Below, piece by piece: positions 42,796 through 54,984 of a DNA stretch of 56,654 nucleotides (its first letter is position 1; each line of letters opens with the position of its first letter). The translations under genes were made by a program, and so were the position numbers. The stretch lies in the NCBI GenBank assembly GCA_963575745.1, contig CAUYUJ010000076.1:62001-118654 (forward strand). The letters are read 5' to 3'. Source of the stretch: Prorocentrum cordatum (taxonomy: Eukaryota). The notes beneath the pieces were generated by a model. It ran no database searches and was not told the DNA's origin. It was given only the letters and a program-made list of their open reading frames with translations.

Positions 42796-43323
42796 TTTGC
42801 TTCTTTGATTTGCACCCGCCGCGCCGCCAGAGTCGTGGCGGCCCGGGAGCGGAGCCGACGGGACGCAGCGGTGGGCTCGCTGGGGGCGGGGGGGCCCGCG
42901 TGTGCGTGCGGCTCCAAAGAGGCGCGGGGCCGAGAGGCCGCTCGGCGCAGGAGGAGGAGGAGGAGGAGGAGGAGGGATGCCCCTGCTGCTCCCTGGCCGC
43001 TCCCCCGCTGCCTCCTCCTCCCCCTCCTCCCAGGGGCAGGAGCACGACCGCGAAGCTATGTTCGCAGCAGCCACCGGGCACAGTGTGGTGGGCATCCTTC
43101 GAGGCAGTTTCGCGAGCGTGAGTCGTTGAGCAGCATCTGCGCACCATGCTTCGGGCGAGAGCTGCATACCTCAGAGTGCGTACACACATATTCCCCAGGC
43201 ATTGCCTGCACTCAGGGGTCTTCGTGTCGGATCTAAAGGACTGGGCCAGTGTGTCGGTCTGGCGGCTCCGTGCCGGCCGTCGCCGCCCCGTCGCCGCCTC
43301 AACGCCGCCCGTCGCCATGCTTC

Positions 43324-43354
<31 letters not shown>

Positions 43355-43920
43355 CATTGTTTTGCGTTGCTCATCGGTGCTTTGCATTGTTTTGCATAGC
43401 AAATCAGAGCACTGTGCGTTGCATTGCTTAGCGTTGCGTTGCTTTGCATTGCCTTGCCTTGCTCTGCCTTGCTTCGCATTCGTACGCCGTGCTTAGCACT
43501 GCCCTGCGCTGCCACCGCGGAAGAGGAATGCAAGCTTACGGTTCCTTGAGACGTACTGTATTGACTATCTTTCAACTGCCCCCGATGAGCACGTTAGCTC
43601 TTACCACACATATTGCATTGCGTTGTTTGCACCACGCAGCTCGCACCACGTATAGAGGAGTACGCTGGCTCCTACCACACAGGCGGGCGCCCTCGGCCGG
43701 GCAGCGGACATCTGCTCTGTTTTTCTCAACGGCAGTCGTTGTCTGGTCCAGCGAGAATTCTTTCCCAGAGCAACGCCCCTGCAGAGCGATAAAGACAGTC
43801 GCTCACAGCAGCGAACGCAGATCCAAGCTCTGCTGCGACTTCCAGGCGCCGCTTCTCCTTCTGCGTTGCCTCGTGAAGCAGCTCAGACAGCAAATATACC
43901 ATAAGTGTGTCGCATTATAC

Positions 43921-44472
43921 CTCCGCAGTTCCGCCTTCCTCCGCTCCTGCCACACGGATCGCACCACTCCGCTTTCGCCACAGGAGTCACACCACATCGA
44001 TGGGTGCGTTAGCTCCTGCCACGTAACCAGCACCACATGCCTGACACCACGTAGCTCGCACCACTGAAACGAGTACGATAGGTCCTGCCACATCGACAGC
44101 GTCACGTCGAGTGCACCCTGTGGCTCACGCCGCATGGATGAATGCGGTAGCTCAAACCACAAATCTTGCACCAAATCGCGGACACCACGTAGCTCACACC
44201 ACACCGATTAGTACGTTAGTTCTTATTACAGATATTTCGCCATATCGTTTAAACCAAATAGCTCGATCCACATAGATGCGTGCGTTCGCTCCTACCAAGT
44301 AGACGGCGCCACATGGGTTACATCGCATACTTCACACCACTTAAATGAGTGCGCTAGCTCCTACTACAGTGGTTTCGACACGTTGCTTCAACCATGCACG
44401 TTACACCACATATATGAGTACGTTGGCTCTTACTGCATAAGCTGCATGAAACGTTCTCCGCGGCACCCGTAT
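43921..44472. repeat. Eight in-phase, highly diverged 69-bp tandem units
   Basis: Unit starts at 43921, 43990, 44059, 44128, 44197, 44266, 44335 and 44404; related partial units at about 43575-43680. Confidence 0.8.
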
Positions 44473-44986
44473 TGCATAGATTGCGCCGCTACGGCTCAAG
44501 ACGCGGATTGCATTACGCGGACTGCGCAACGTGGCTTGCGCCAGGTAGCTTGCAATCGCAGCTTGCGCCGCACGAATTGCGCCATCTAGCCTGTAAGTCA
44601 GAAGCCGTTGTTTGGGGTCCACGTTGGCTAACATACACACACATATATGTATGTGTATATATATATATATATATATATGTGTGCGTGTGTGTGTGTGTCT
44701 GTGTGTGCGGCTCCCATCGCCCGCCTCCTTCCCCGGCAAGAGGTGCTGGCCTTGCGGGCTGCAAGGGCCGCCCAAGAGGACGCCCGCGCGGCGGACGCCC
44801 AGGCGGCGCCCGCCCCCGCGGCCGCGGCGCGGCGGCTGAAGCGGTTTCCCCGCCGCTTCTGAGCCTCCGAGTCCGCGTGCGGTTCTTCGAGGACGGCCGC
44901 CGCCGCCCCCCTCGTCCGTGACGGCGGCGGCGCCTTCGCCGCTTTGATGGTGGTCGCCGTCGCCGGCGCCGTCGTCTTCGTCGTCT

Positions 44987-45066
<80 letters not shown>

Positions 45067-45176
45067 TTCGCCGTCGCTGTCGCCGTCGCCGTCGCCGTCG
45101 TCGTTGTCGCAGGTGTCGTTGTCGCTGTCGTTGTCGTAGCCGTCGTTGTGCATTATCGGCGCCGGCGCCGCTGCTG

Positions 45177-45225
<49 letters not shown>

Positions 45226-46409
45226 TGTGTTCGTTGTCGGTGTCGTCTTCTTCGTCGTCGCCGTTGTCGTCGTCGTCGGCTGTTCTTGCCAGCGGCGAAG
45301 CAGTAACCACACGTCGGGATTCTGTGGTAGGCCCGGAGGAGGGCGGAGGCGGCATTGGCGTCATGTGACGATGGCGACGCTTTGGGCACAGGATGTGTTG
45401 CACTGCGCGCCAAGCGCCATTCCGCAGCGCGCAGCGGGCCCCCGCCGCCGCGCAACTGCTGCGCGGCGACGGCGGGAACCAGTCCAGCACAGGGCGGGGG
45501 GGAACCCCTGGTGGGTCCTGACGAAGGTTGGCCAGCTTGACTCAGAAAGGCTTGACCCCTAGTTAGGTAGCGGGAGAGAGAGAGAGAGAGAGAGAAACAT
45601 AGAAACCAGAGGCAGTATTGTAAGCAGAGGCAAGAGAGAAGGGAACCCGCACACCTCTGGGGGCTGAGGCAGCCTAGCGTTCACATCAAACAGCTCAGCT
45701 GTCTCGGCCAGTAGCGAGGCACTGACGGCTTCTAGGGCAAACCCGGAGGAGGCGGCATCGGCGTCAGGTGACGATGGCGATGGTTTTGGATGGTTTTGGC
45801 ACAGGGTGTGCTGCTGCACTGCGCGCCAAGCACCCGCCTCCCACGCGAAACGAGCCTCCGCCGCCCCCTTCAGCAAAATGTCCTGGAGCTCCACGGCGCC
45901 ATCACCAGTCAGCCCCGCACTGCGGTGGCCCCAGCCTCCGGGGAGGCAGCACCGCACCAAGTGCAAGGGGCTGCTCAGCCTTGTGCCGTTATCTACCTCC
46001 TGATACCACCTCCTCCTTCGCAGCTGGCCGCGCCGGCGTCTGCCGTGGCCGGGCGCGGCGGTGCTGGCGACTCGTTCTCCTCGTCCTCCCTCACCGTGGA
46101 CCTCCTCATCGACACCGTCCGTTCGCCGTCTCGACCCTCCTCGACATCCTCCTCGCAGTCCTGCTTTGCCCTCCCTGACGCCCCCGCTCTCGCCCGATGC
46201 TCTTCCTCGTTGCCCTCCTCGCCCCCCTCCCCCCCTTCTCCTTGCCTCCCCGCCTGCCCTCCTCCTCCCCGCCTGCCTCCCTGGTCCCTCCCCTCTCCTC
46301 GCAGGAGGCTCCGCGGCCCGATGGCCCCACGACGCACGGGCTCGTGCCCCGTTGATGGTTTCCTCCGCGCACGTGCGCACTCGCGTTCACTCCACAGCGC
46401 TGCTGCGCG

Positions 46410-46461
<52 letters not shown>

Positions 46462-46490
46462 AGTCGCCGTCGTCGTCGTAGTCGCCGTCG

Positions 46491-46548
<58 letters not shown>

Positions 46549-46635
46549 TCGTCGTCGCCTGGGCTCGAGTTGCCTCGCCTGGACCGCCTCTCGGTGCCCC
46601 CCCGCCCCTTTGCCCGCGGACGCGCGCAAGCAGCA

Positions 46636-49600
46636 ATGAAGGGTCTCGTCGTGCTCTCCATCCTCGCGCTCGCAGGCGTGCGCGGCGCGACCGCCAGCCA
46701 GTCGAATCCCCTGGGCAAGGTCGTCGAACTCATGGACTCCCTGGCGGCGAAGCTCATCGCGGACGGGGTCGCCGAGGACAAGGCTCCCCCGCGGCAACCG
46801 CGAGTCCGGTCTCCCCCCCCATTCCCCACACCCTTGGGAGAAACTTGGCAGGATCCGTTCCGTATCGGCAAGCTGCAGGCTAAGCACCGCTACAGGAGGA
46901 GGAGGAGGAGGGGGAGGAGGAGGAGGAGGAGGAGGAGGAGGAGGAGGAGGAGGAGGAGGAGGAGGACCAGTGTAAACCCAAGAGTCATCAACGATGTTGC
47001 AATTTACCCTCCCTCCAAGATTCCTCTTCGCAGGCCCCTACAACGGTTCATGTCCATTGGGGGAACTGCCTCGTTGGAAGACAACCGTTTGAATATCCTG
47101 AAGCATGCCCAAACATTGTTCTCGGGAGGAATTCAACGCCACGTATCAACCTGACTGCGTCTTGACGATCCGGAATCGTGCCAGCGCGTCATTTGTGGGA
47201 CGTCAACACCGCGGATCAACATAGTTGTTGCACCCGCATGATCCTGAATCCTTCCAAACACCATTTTTGGTACGTTGACCATGGGAATCTTTGAAACTCT
47301 TACACATTGTACAAACGAATGTGCGCGGCGCCAAGGCGAGAGCCACATTTGAAAAGGAATCGCCCTCAATCCGTGAAGCCCTTGCAAATGTTTGAAGCGA
47401 ATGTGCGCGGCGCTGAGGCGAGAGCCACATTTTGAAAACGGCCCGCCCTCAATCCGTGAAACTCTTATACAGTTAAAGTACGAGTGTGCGCGGTGCTAAG
47501 GCGAGAGCCACATTTCGAAAGCCAACCGCCCTCAATCTGTGAAGCTCTTGCAATTTTTGGGAAAGAATGTGCGCGGCGCTGAGGCGAGAGCCACATTTTG
47601 AAAACCGCCTGCCCTCCATGTGTGAAGGTGTTGCACATTTTTCAAACGAAAGCAGGAGGAGGAGGAGAAGGAGGAGGAGGAGGAGGAGAAGGAGGAGGAG
47701 GAGGAGGGCATATCTCTGGGCCGAACGAGCAGCGAATTTCCGCTCCATGCGGCCTGATCCGGCTTCATGACCCCCCTTTTAATCGGGCTCAGCATCCATT
47801 GATCGTTCTCACGAAGACCTCCGGAGAGTGGCCTCCTAGCCTTCCCCTCCCCCTTCTCCTCCCTTGCCCCCCGCGAGGGATGGGGGGGGGGGGAGCGGGA
47901 GGAGGGGGGGGTGGCGGCCTGCGACTGGTGGGTAGTAGCGATCGAGGAAGCGCCAACGTCACGTCTCGGGGGGTATTTCCCGATCCGCGGATCCGGCCTC
48001 CTCGCGCCGGCTCCACAGATCCGTAATCCATGCTGGCGTGCGCCCGAAGCGAGGGTCCCCTGAGGCGTTCCACAGGTACGTGGAGTGGTGCGACGAGACG
48101 ACCTCGAATCAGAAGTACGACATCGACACCGCCACCACCAAGAGCAGCGAGCTCGGGGCCACGATCGCGAAGGCCACCAGCGATATCGAGGCGGCCGAAG
48201 GCAAGATCGAGGACCTGGCGGGCAAGATCGCGAAGGCAGAGGGGGAGCTGACAGACTCCGCGCTGATTCGCAAGAAGGAAGCAGCCGACTTCTCAGCCGG
48301 CGAAGCAGAGCTCACGGACGCTCTGAGCGCCCTGTCGCGCGCGATCGACATCATCTCCAAGGACATGGCGAAGAACCCCGCAGCTTTCGTGCAGATGGAT
48401 GTCTCAAGCGTGGCCGGTTTGGTCAGCGCTCTCAGCACAATTGTGGACGCTGCTTCCTTCGGGGGAGCCGATAAGGACAGGCTCATTGCATTTGTGCAGG
48501 AGCAGCGGGATGCCGCTGAGTCGGACGAGTCTGGTGCCCCTGACCCAGCAGCCTACAAAACGCACAGCACAGGGATCCTGGACGTCCTGGAGGATCTTAA
48601 GGCAAAGGCCGAGGAGCAGCTCGCCACCCTGCGCAAGGAGGAGTCGAACACTAAACAAAACTATGCCCTGTTGAAGCAGAGCCTGGAGGATGAGGTTGCC
48701 TACAACACGAAGGAGCTGAACGAGGAGAAGGCGTTCAAGTCTGACACTGAGGAGGCGAAAGCGACTGCCGCCGCGGATCTTGCAACGACCACGAAGTTGC
48801 TCAAGGACACGGAGGCAGCGAGGGCGGCAACGCAGGCCGATTGCATGAAATTGGCGACAGACCACGATGCTTCCACCGCAGGTCGCACTGCCGAGCTGAA
48901 CACGATCGCCGCCGCGAAAAAGGTGCTTATGGAGACAAGCTCTGGCGCCGTGGAGCAGACGTACTCCTTCATCCAGGGGGAGAGCTCGCACCTGCGCACT
49001 GGTGCAGACCTGAAGGGCGCCGAGGTGGCCCGCTTCGTCAAGAGGCTGGCCAAAGACCACCACTCCGAGGCCCTTGCACAGCTGGCATCGCGCATCACAG
49101 CGCTCATGCAGTACGGCGGTGGCGCTGGGGAAGATCCCTTCGTGAAAGTCAAAGGGTTGATTCACGGCGCTTCGCGATCATCGCCCGCGTTTTGTTTTTT
49201 GTTCGCTCTCGTGGCCCAGGACGGCTCCGAAGCGGGGCCATACGGCAGCCCAGAGCTTGTTGCTTTTGTCAGAGCGTGAATTACCTACCCCGCTTTCGCT
49301 TCCAGGCAAAACCAAGTCATACCACGCGCCTCCTCGTCAAGCGGCCTGACCAGTACAGGCCGTAGTTTGGCATCGCTTGGTATCTCTTGGAAGCGAGGAT
49401 GGTCAAAAGCGAGGTAGGTTTGTTTGCCCCCTATTTTTGGGCCCCCCAAAGGCCCCCATGTGCTTCAGGAGAGCCGCGCTGTGGCCCGGGAGGGGGCGCC
49501 GCGACGGCCCATGGGAGCCCCCCGCAAGGCTCCATAAGCGAGGCGCGCCAAGACAGCCCACGAAGGCTCTGCAGTCGGGGCCCTGGAGAAGGAACCCTCT

Positions 49601-51737
49601 TCGTTGGGGAGGGGCTCGGTGTTCCTTGACTGTTTCACAGCCTGCCTCAGGTTTTTCCTCAGGTTTTCGATCTGGAATCGAAGCTTAACTTATGGAAAAT
49701 AGGGGCCTCGTTCCTTATTTAGGGTTCCTTAGGTCAACGCCCCGACTGTATAACCCCCACAACAGTTAGTCCCAGCAGCCTCCAGTGCAGCCCCGAAAGG
49801 TTTCCAGGACCCCCACCTCGTCCTCCCTCTCGTCCTCCGTACTGTCCACCCTTTTGTCTTTCCGCGCCGTTCTTCACGCTGTCTTTCTTCTAGTCGTCCC
49901 CCGCGTCGGCCTCGTCAACTCCCGCATTGGCCCCACTTGTCCTCGTCGTCGCCCCCCTCCGTCCTCTCTTCTCTCGTTCCTGGCCTATAGGTCCATCGTG
50001 CCATCCGCCCGAGCCTGCCAGATCGAGACCGAGCACGCCCAGCGCGACGCCGTCGTCGAGCAAGCTCTCCCCCCTCCTCATCCAGGCTGTCCTCCACGGG
50101 AGGAGGAGGAGGCGGAGGAAGAGGAGGAGGGGGAGGAGGCGGAGGAAAGGGAGGAGGAGGAGGAGGAGAGGAGGAGGAGGAGGAGGAGGAGGAGGAGGAG
50201 AGAAGGAGGAGGGAGGAGGAGGAGGGGAGGAGGAGGAGGAGGAAAGGAGGGGAAAGAGGAGGAGGGGGGAGGGAGGGGGGGGGAGGGGAGGAGGGGGGGA
50301 GGAGGGAGGAGAGGAGGAGGGAGGAGGGAGGAGGAGGAGGAGGAGGAGGAGTCTTCACGCCGTCGCCCTCCTGCCCCTCGTCGCTCTGGTCGTCCTCCGG
50401 GCTCTCGTGCTTGCCCTCCTCGTGCCTCTTCCTCTCCTCGCCCTTTGTGCACGTTATTCCTGCTCGCCGTCCTCCTTCTCCTCCGCCCGTTACCCTCGTC
50501 CTCGACGCTGCCCTCGTCGTCCGCCTCCTCGTCGCCCTCCTCGCCCATCTTTTTGCTTCTCCGTTGCACGCGCCCAGTGGGCAGAAGCGGTGCTGTGTCC
50601 GTTCTCGTCCGGTCAGGGTTTGGGGCTGTCTTGGGCATTGGGGGCTCTCGGGCGCGTCTTTGGGTCCTGCGCGCCCCATGGATGGTGCTTGAGGCTGTCT
50701 GGACCGCGCGGGGACCGTCAGGATACCGCGCGGAGCACGTGGGAGCGTACTATAGCGGCTGGGAGCTGCTGGGGGGAGTCAGGGCATGTCGGATTGGTTT
50801 TCAGAGGCTCTCGAATCATCCCCAGAGGAGGCCTCCCCAGGAAAGAAGGTCGTATACGCCGCTTGGCTTATGGAGCCTGCGGGTCAAGGACATGATCGAG
50901 AAGCTAGAGGCCGAGGCTGACGCCGCCGCGACCGAGAAGGCCTACTGCGACGAGCAAATTGCCAAGACCGAAGCGAAGAAGTCGGAGCTCGAGGATGACA
51001 TCGCCAGGCTGACTTCCAAGATCGACACCAAGAGCGCGAACTCGGCCAAGCTCAAGGAGGAGGTGAAGACGCTGCAGACGGAGCTGGCCTCGCTTGCAAA
51101 GGAGCAGGCAGAGATGGATCAGATCCGCTCTGACCAGCACGCAGGCTACCTCCAGGCCAAATCCGACCTCGAGCTTGGCCTCGAGGGCGTGGGTAAGGCG
51201 CTCTCGATCCTCCGCAAGTACTACCAGGGCGATGGTGCCGCCATGCTCCAGAGCCAGCAGCCAGCGAAGCCGGTGTTCCACAGCAAGGCCGCAGGCGCAG
51301 GCGGCAGTATAATCGACATCCTGGAGGTCGTGGAGTCAGACTTCGCGAAGAACCTTGCCGACGAGGAGGCCACGGAGGCGGACGCGCTGTCGTCGTACGA
51401 CGCCAGGACGCAGGAGATCAAGGTGTCCGCGGCCACGAAGAGCCAGGACGTGACATACAAGGTGCAAGAGTTCAAGGGCTTGGACAAGGACGTCGACGAG
51501 CTATCCGCCGACCGCGCGTCCACCAACGCGGAGCTGTCGTCGGTGCTGGAGTATTTCTCCAAGGTGAACGAGCGCTGCATTGCCAAGCCAGAGACGTACG
51601 AGGAGCGCAAGGCCCGTCGCGAGTCCGAGATAAAGGGCCTGAAGGAAGCCCTGGCGATCCTGAGCGACGAGACGGCCGCGTCGCTCCTGCAGGCGCGCAA
51701 GCGCCGCGCCCTGCGCCAGGGGGCCCTGGCCGCGTGA
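46636..51737 (+). CDS. Secreted coiled-coil protein of an abundant dinoflagellate family (about 698 aa, 3 exons)
   Basis: Exons 46636-46782, 48065-49165, 50889-51737. Signal peptide MKGLVVLSILALAGVRG. Internally duplicated halves NPLGKVVELM..WCDE and DPFVKVKGLI..KAYCDE; C-terminus CIAKPETYEERKARRESEIKGLKEALAIL. Confidence 0.88.
46967..47650 (-). mobile_element. Third copy of the (GGA)n-anchored 83-bp-unit element, inside an intron
   Basis: Homologous to 11511-12110; flanked by (GGA)n on both sides. Confidence 0.8.
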
Positions 51738-51937
51738 GGCGGCCCGCCCGTGCGCCCGCGAGCGGCCGAACGGCTGCGCAGCCAGTTCGAGCCCCGCCCG
51801 CCCGCCTCGCGAAGAGAGGGGGGCCCACGCTGCGCGCCCGTGGCCCCCCCCGGGCCGCTCCTGGCCGAGCTCGGGGCCTCTCCCCGGGGCCGCCCCAGGT
51901 CGGGGTCCAGGGGGGCACCTCTCGGCGCTCGGGCGTC

Positions 51938-51980
<43 letters not shown>

Positions 51981-53138
51981 CCCCTGCGCCTGCTCCTGCT
52001 CCTTCTTCCTTCCTTTCCTGCCGTTCTCCATGCCCATCGGCGAAGAGAAAGCGCCATCAGTTATGGTGCATCGGAGGCGCATCGCCTCGGAGGCCTGGAA
52101 ACGACAAAACAACGGGAGCCAGAAACTATCTTAGAAGAAAGGTGTTTTTTTGAAACGAAAGCTAGAAGCTCTAAAGAAACGCCCAGGGCGTTTTCAAGAT
52201 GCACCAAGGCCATACACATAAGCATAAACTTTTGGCGCTCCGCGCGGATTTCTTGGATCGGCGCACGGCCCCCCCCCCGTCGGCGCCTCCGGCGCAGCCC
52301 CTGGCGCGCTCCGCGCGCCGGGGAGGGGGGGGGTCCAGCGCATGTCCAAGCAATCAGCGCGCAGCGCCAACAGTGCATGCTCGTGGCGCTCTGCCTTCTT
52401 CTGCTCCAGACCTTCGGCGGAGCAAGAGCACCGCGTGCCTCGCCGCGAGACGGCGGCGAGGCCGCGCGGGTGCGCGGCGCGAGAGCGGCCAGGAGCTCAG
52501 GGCTCCGCGTGCCGCGCCGCGGGCTTCTGGGGCCCGCCGCGCTCGGGCGCGACGCGCCGAGGCCGCGTCCCGGCCCCCGGCGGGCAGCATCCCGAGCCTC
52601 TCTCCGAGCCTCCCGCCCCCGCGGAGCGGGGCCGGCCCGCCGCCCGCCTGCCGGGCACAGCGTGCCGCCGGGGCCGCTGCCGCGACGCGCCACTCTGCGG
52701 TAGGCTCGTGTCGTGTCGACCTGCGGCGCCCCCTTCAGCGGCGTTGTCAACTTCGAACGCCGCGGGCGACCCATAGTCGTTCGATTTGGAACGATTTGGA
52801 CGTTTCGTACGCAGCTGATGGTTCAAGGTTGAACGATCCCCGCGGTGTCAGAAACCAGCGCCGAAGTCTGCACGACACGAGCCTGACGTAGTCCTCCCGG
52901 ATGGGGTCGGAGTGGATGGGGTCGGAGGATCGCGCCGAGTGGATGGGGTCGGAGGATCGCGCCGCATCGCCGATGCATCGCCGATGCGGTTCGATGTGGA
53001 GCTCGATTTGCTTCACGTCGACGTCGCCGATGCATCGCCCACGTCGACGATGCATCGCCGATGCATCGCCGATGCAGCATCGCCGATGCATCGGCGATGC
53101 GGCGCGATCCTCTGACCGCATCTGCTCCGACCCCATCT

Positions 53139-53306
53139 ATTACCACCTACCAAACCACCCCAACCCAACCCGAAGGCCTCGATTTGCCCTCCATTTCCAG
53201 TGGGGGGGGGGTCGGGGAACATCGAAAAAACAGGTATGGAACCCGTACCCCCCCAACCCGAAATTCGGGTCCTCGGGTTGGGTTTGGGTGGTCTGGTAGG
53301 TAGTCA
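53139..53306. mobile_element. MITE nested in the TIR of another MITE
   Basis: ACCTACCAAACCACCCCAACCCAACCCGA / TCGGGTTGGGTTTGGGTGGTCTGGTAGGT; ATCT duplicated at the flanks. Confidence 0.75.
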
Positions 53307-53643
53307 ATCTGGGATGCCTCCAGCCAAGCAGCAGTGCCTGGCCGTAGGCCCCCCCGGGCGGCGGGCAACCCCGCAGCCTGCCCCCGTCACCCAGGGCCTC
53401 CGACGGCGCGAGCTCCGTCGAGCTGCCGGGCCCCTGGGGCTCTGCCCCCCCCCCCCTCCCCTCCACGAGACCAGCCTTACGCCTGTGGCGATGCTTAAGA
53501 AAACCTACGTTTTCGGCCAGAGTCTCGAGTATTCTTAACGTTTCAGTGCAAATCTTCAGATTTGAATGGAAATGTTGGGTTTTTATTCAAGTTCTGAGAC
53601 TATGAATTTCTTAACCCATGATTTCTTAAGCATTTCGCAGGGT

Positions 53644-53813
53644 GTAAGTCGGGCCTGTCCCTCTACAGGGGGAATGTTCAAAAATAGTCCAAAACTTGTC
53701 TGGGGATTTTTTTTTTCTATCCCCATTTTGGATCATTCTTGAGATTTTTTTAAATATCTGTAATTCTTCGTCCAACATCCACCTGTAGGGGGGGGGGGAC
53801 AGGCCCGAACTAA
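53644..53813. mobile_element. hAT-like MITE, copy
   Basis: GTAAGTCGGGCCTGTCCCTCTACAGG...CCTGTAGG..GGACAGGCCCGAACTAA; TSD not evident. Partial or degenerate copies also near 32625-32743, 33664-34150 and 34492-34669. Confidence 0.78.
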
Positions 53814-54984
53814 GACCAGCCTGGGTCGTCGCTCGACGGCCCCAGGGGGGGTTCTGCAGGGGCGGCCGCCGGACGCCGGAGAGAGAGATGGGCCGAGCCA
53901 GTGCCGGCGAGATGTGTGGTCGAGTCGCTGGGAGTCTTCCCTCGGGGGCGGAAAAGAGGGGGGTGATGACTAGGGGGGGGTGGATATCATGGCGTCGGCC
54001 ATGATATTTCCCCAGATTTCATGGCGCCTCTTCTTATTTCATTACGTTCCTGGCCCCCCCGCTGGGCCGCGCACATGCCACCGGTCATGATTTGCACCCC
54101 CCCCTCTTGGACACCCCCCTCTTGGCCGGTCCCGATTCCCCTCAGGCGGCGCTCGCCAAGCCTGGTCTGGGCAGGCCCGGATGGAGCGACCGGGTTTCCT
54201 GGCACAAGAATCGGGGGTGGGCAGAGCTCCTATCCTGACGCGTCGATATGAGCGAATTGGCCGTCTTCGGTTCGCGAGAGGGCGTCGCGGCCGGCCTTTT
54301 TGCGGGTCCAGGTCCGTCGGTTTCGGTCCCAGGCCGTCTTCACCAAAGGGAGGTTTGCTAAAGGGAGGTTTGTCCACCGCCGAAAAAAATGAGGGGGCTC
54401 CATCTGGTGGAACTCCAGCTGGACTCAGCCTCCCACCGACCGCGTTCCACTACTCGCAGAGTGCCTCCTCGCAAACGTCCAAAACACAAATGTTGTTCGA
54501 TGCAATGGAGCCTCTTTGCTTCGACGCAATGGATCCAGGCCATTTGCGAGTAGCTACTCTGCGAGTAGTGCAACGCGCATGTCTGTTGGAGCCAAGGTTC
54601 TCCGCCTCGTGGGACTCCAGCGGGACCCTCGGTCAGTCTGGCTGGGGTAAGTCTGTTTGGAACCAATCGGCTCCATCTGGTTGGCCTCCACCGAGTAAGA
54701 AACTGGCCTGGCAACGGGCCCCAACGGGTGTCCCACGATCATTTACTGCCCCACGACAGGCCCGCAGAGCCTGGGGACACCCTACGACGCTCAGCGTCGA
54801 CGAATGATGTGACGCTGGAGTTCTTAACAGCATTGTTTGTTAATCTTATGCCCCCACTGTGGCCTCTCCGGATGCCTCCCTTCTCGCTCCGTCTCGCCGT
54901 CGCCCCCACCACGCGCGCGGGGAGCCGTGGGAAGGCCTTGCGGTGCGCCCCCTCTCTCCCCGCCCTCGACGCTCCGTGCCCTCA

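Noticed and set aside
43921..44472. CRISPR-like repeat/spacer appearance
   Set aside because: The spacers are related to each other, the repeats are degenerate, no cas genes are present, and the context is eukaryotic.
45500..45570. Hammerhead-like CTGACGA plus stem (also near 4113 and 13017)
   Set aside because: The GAAA core is not positioned after stem II, so no complete ribozyme can be drawn.
49785..50888. N-terminal part of the 650-aa ORF
   Set aside because: Intronic microsatellite read-through; family similarity starts at 50889.
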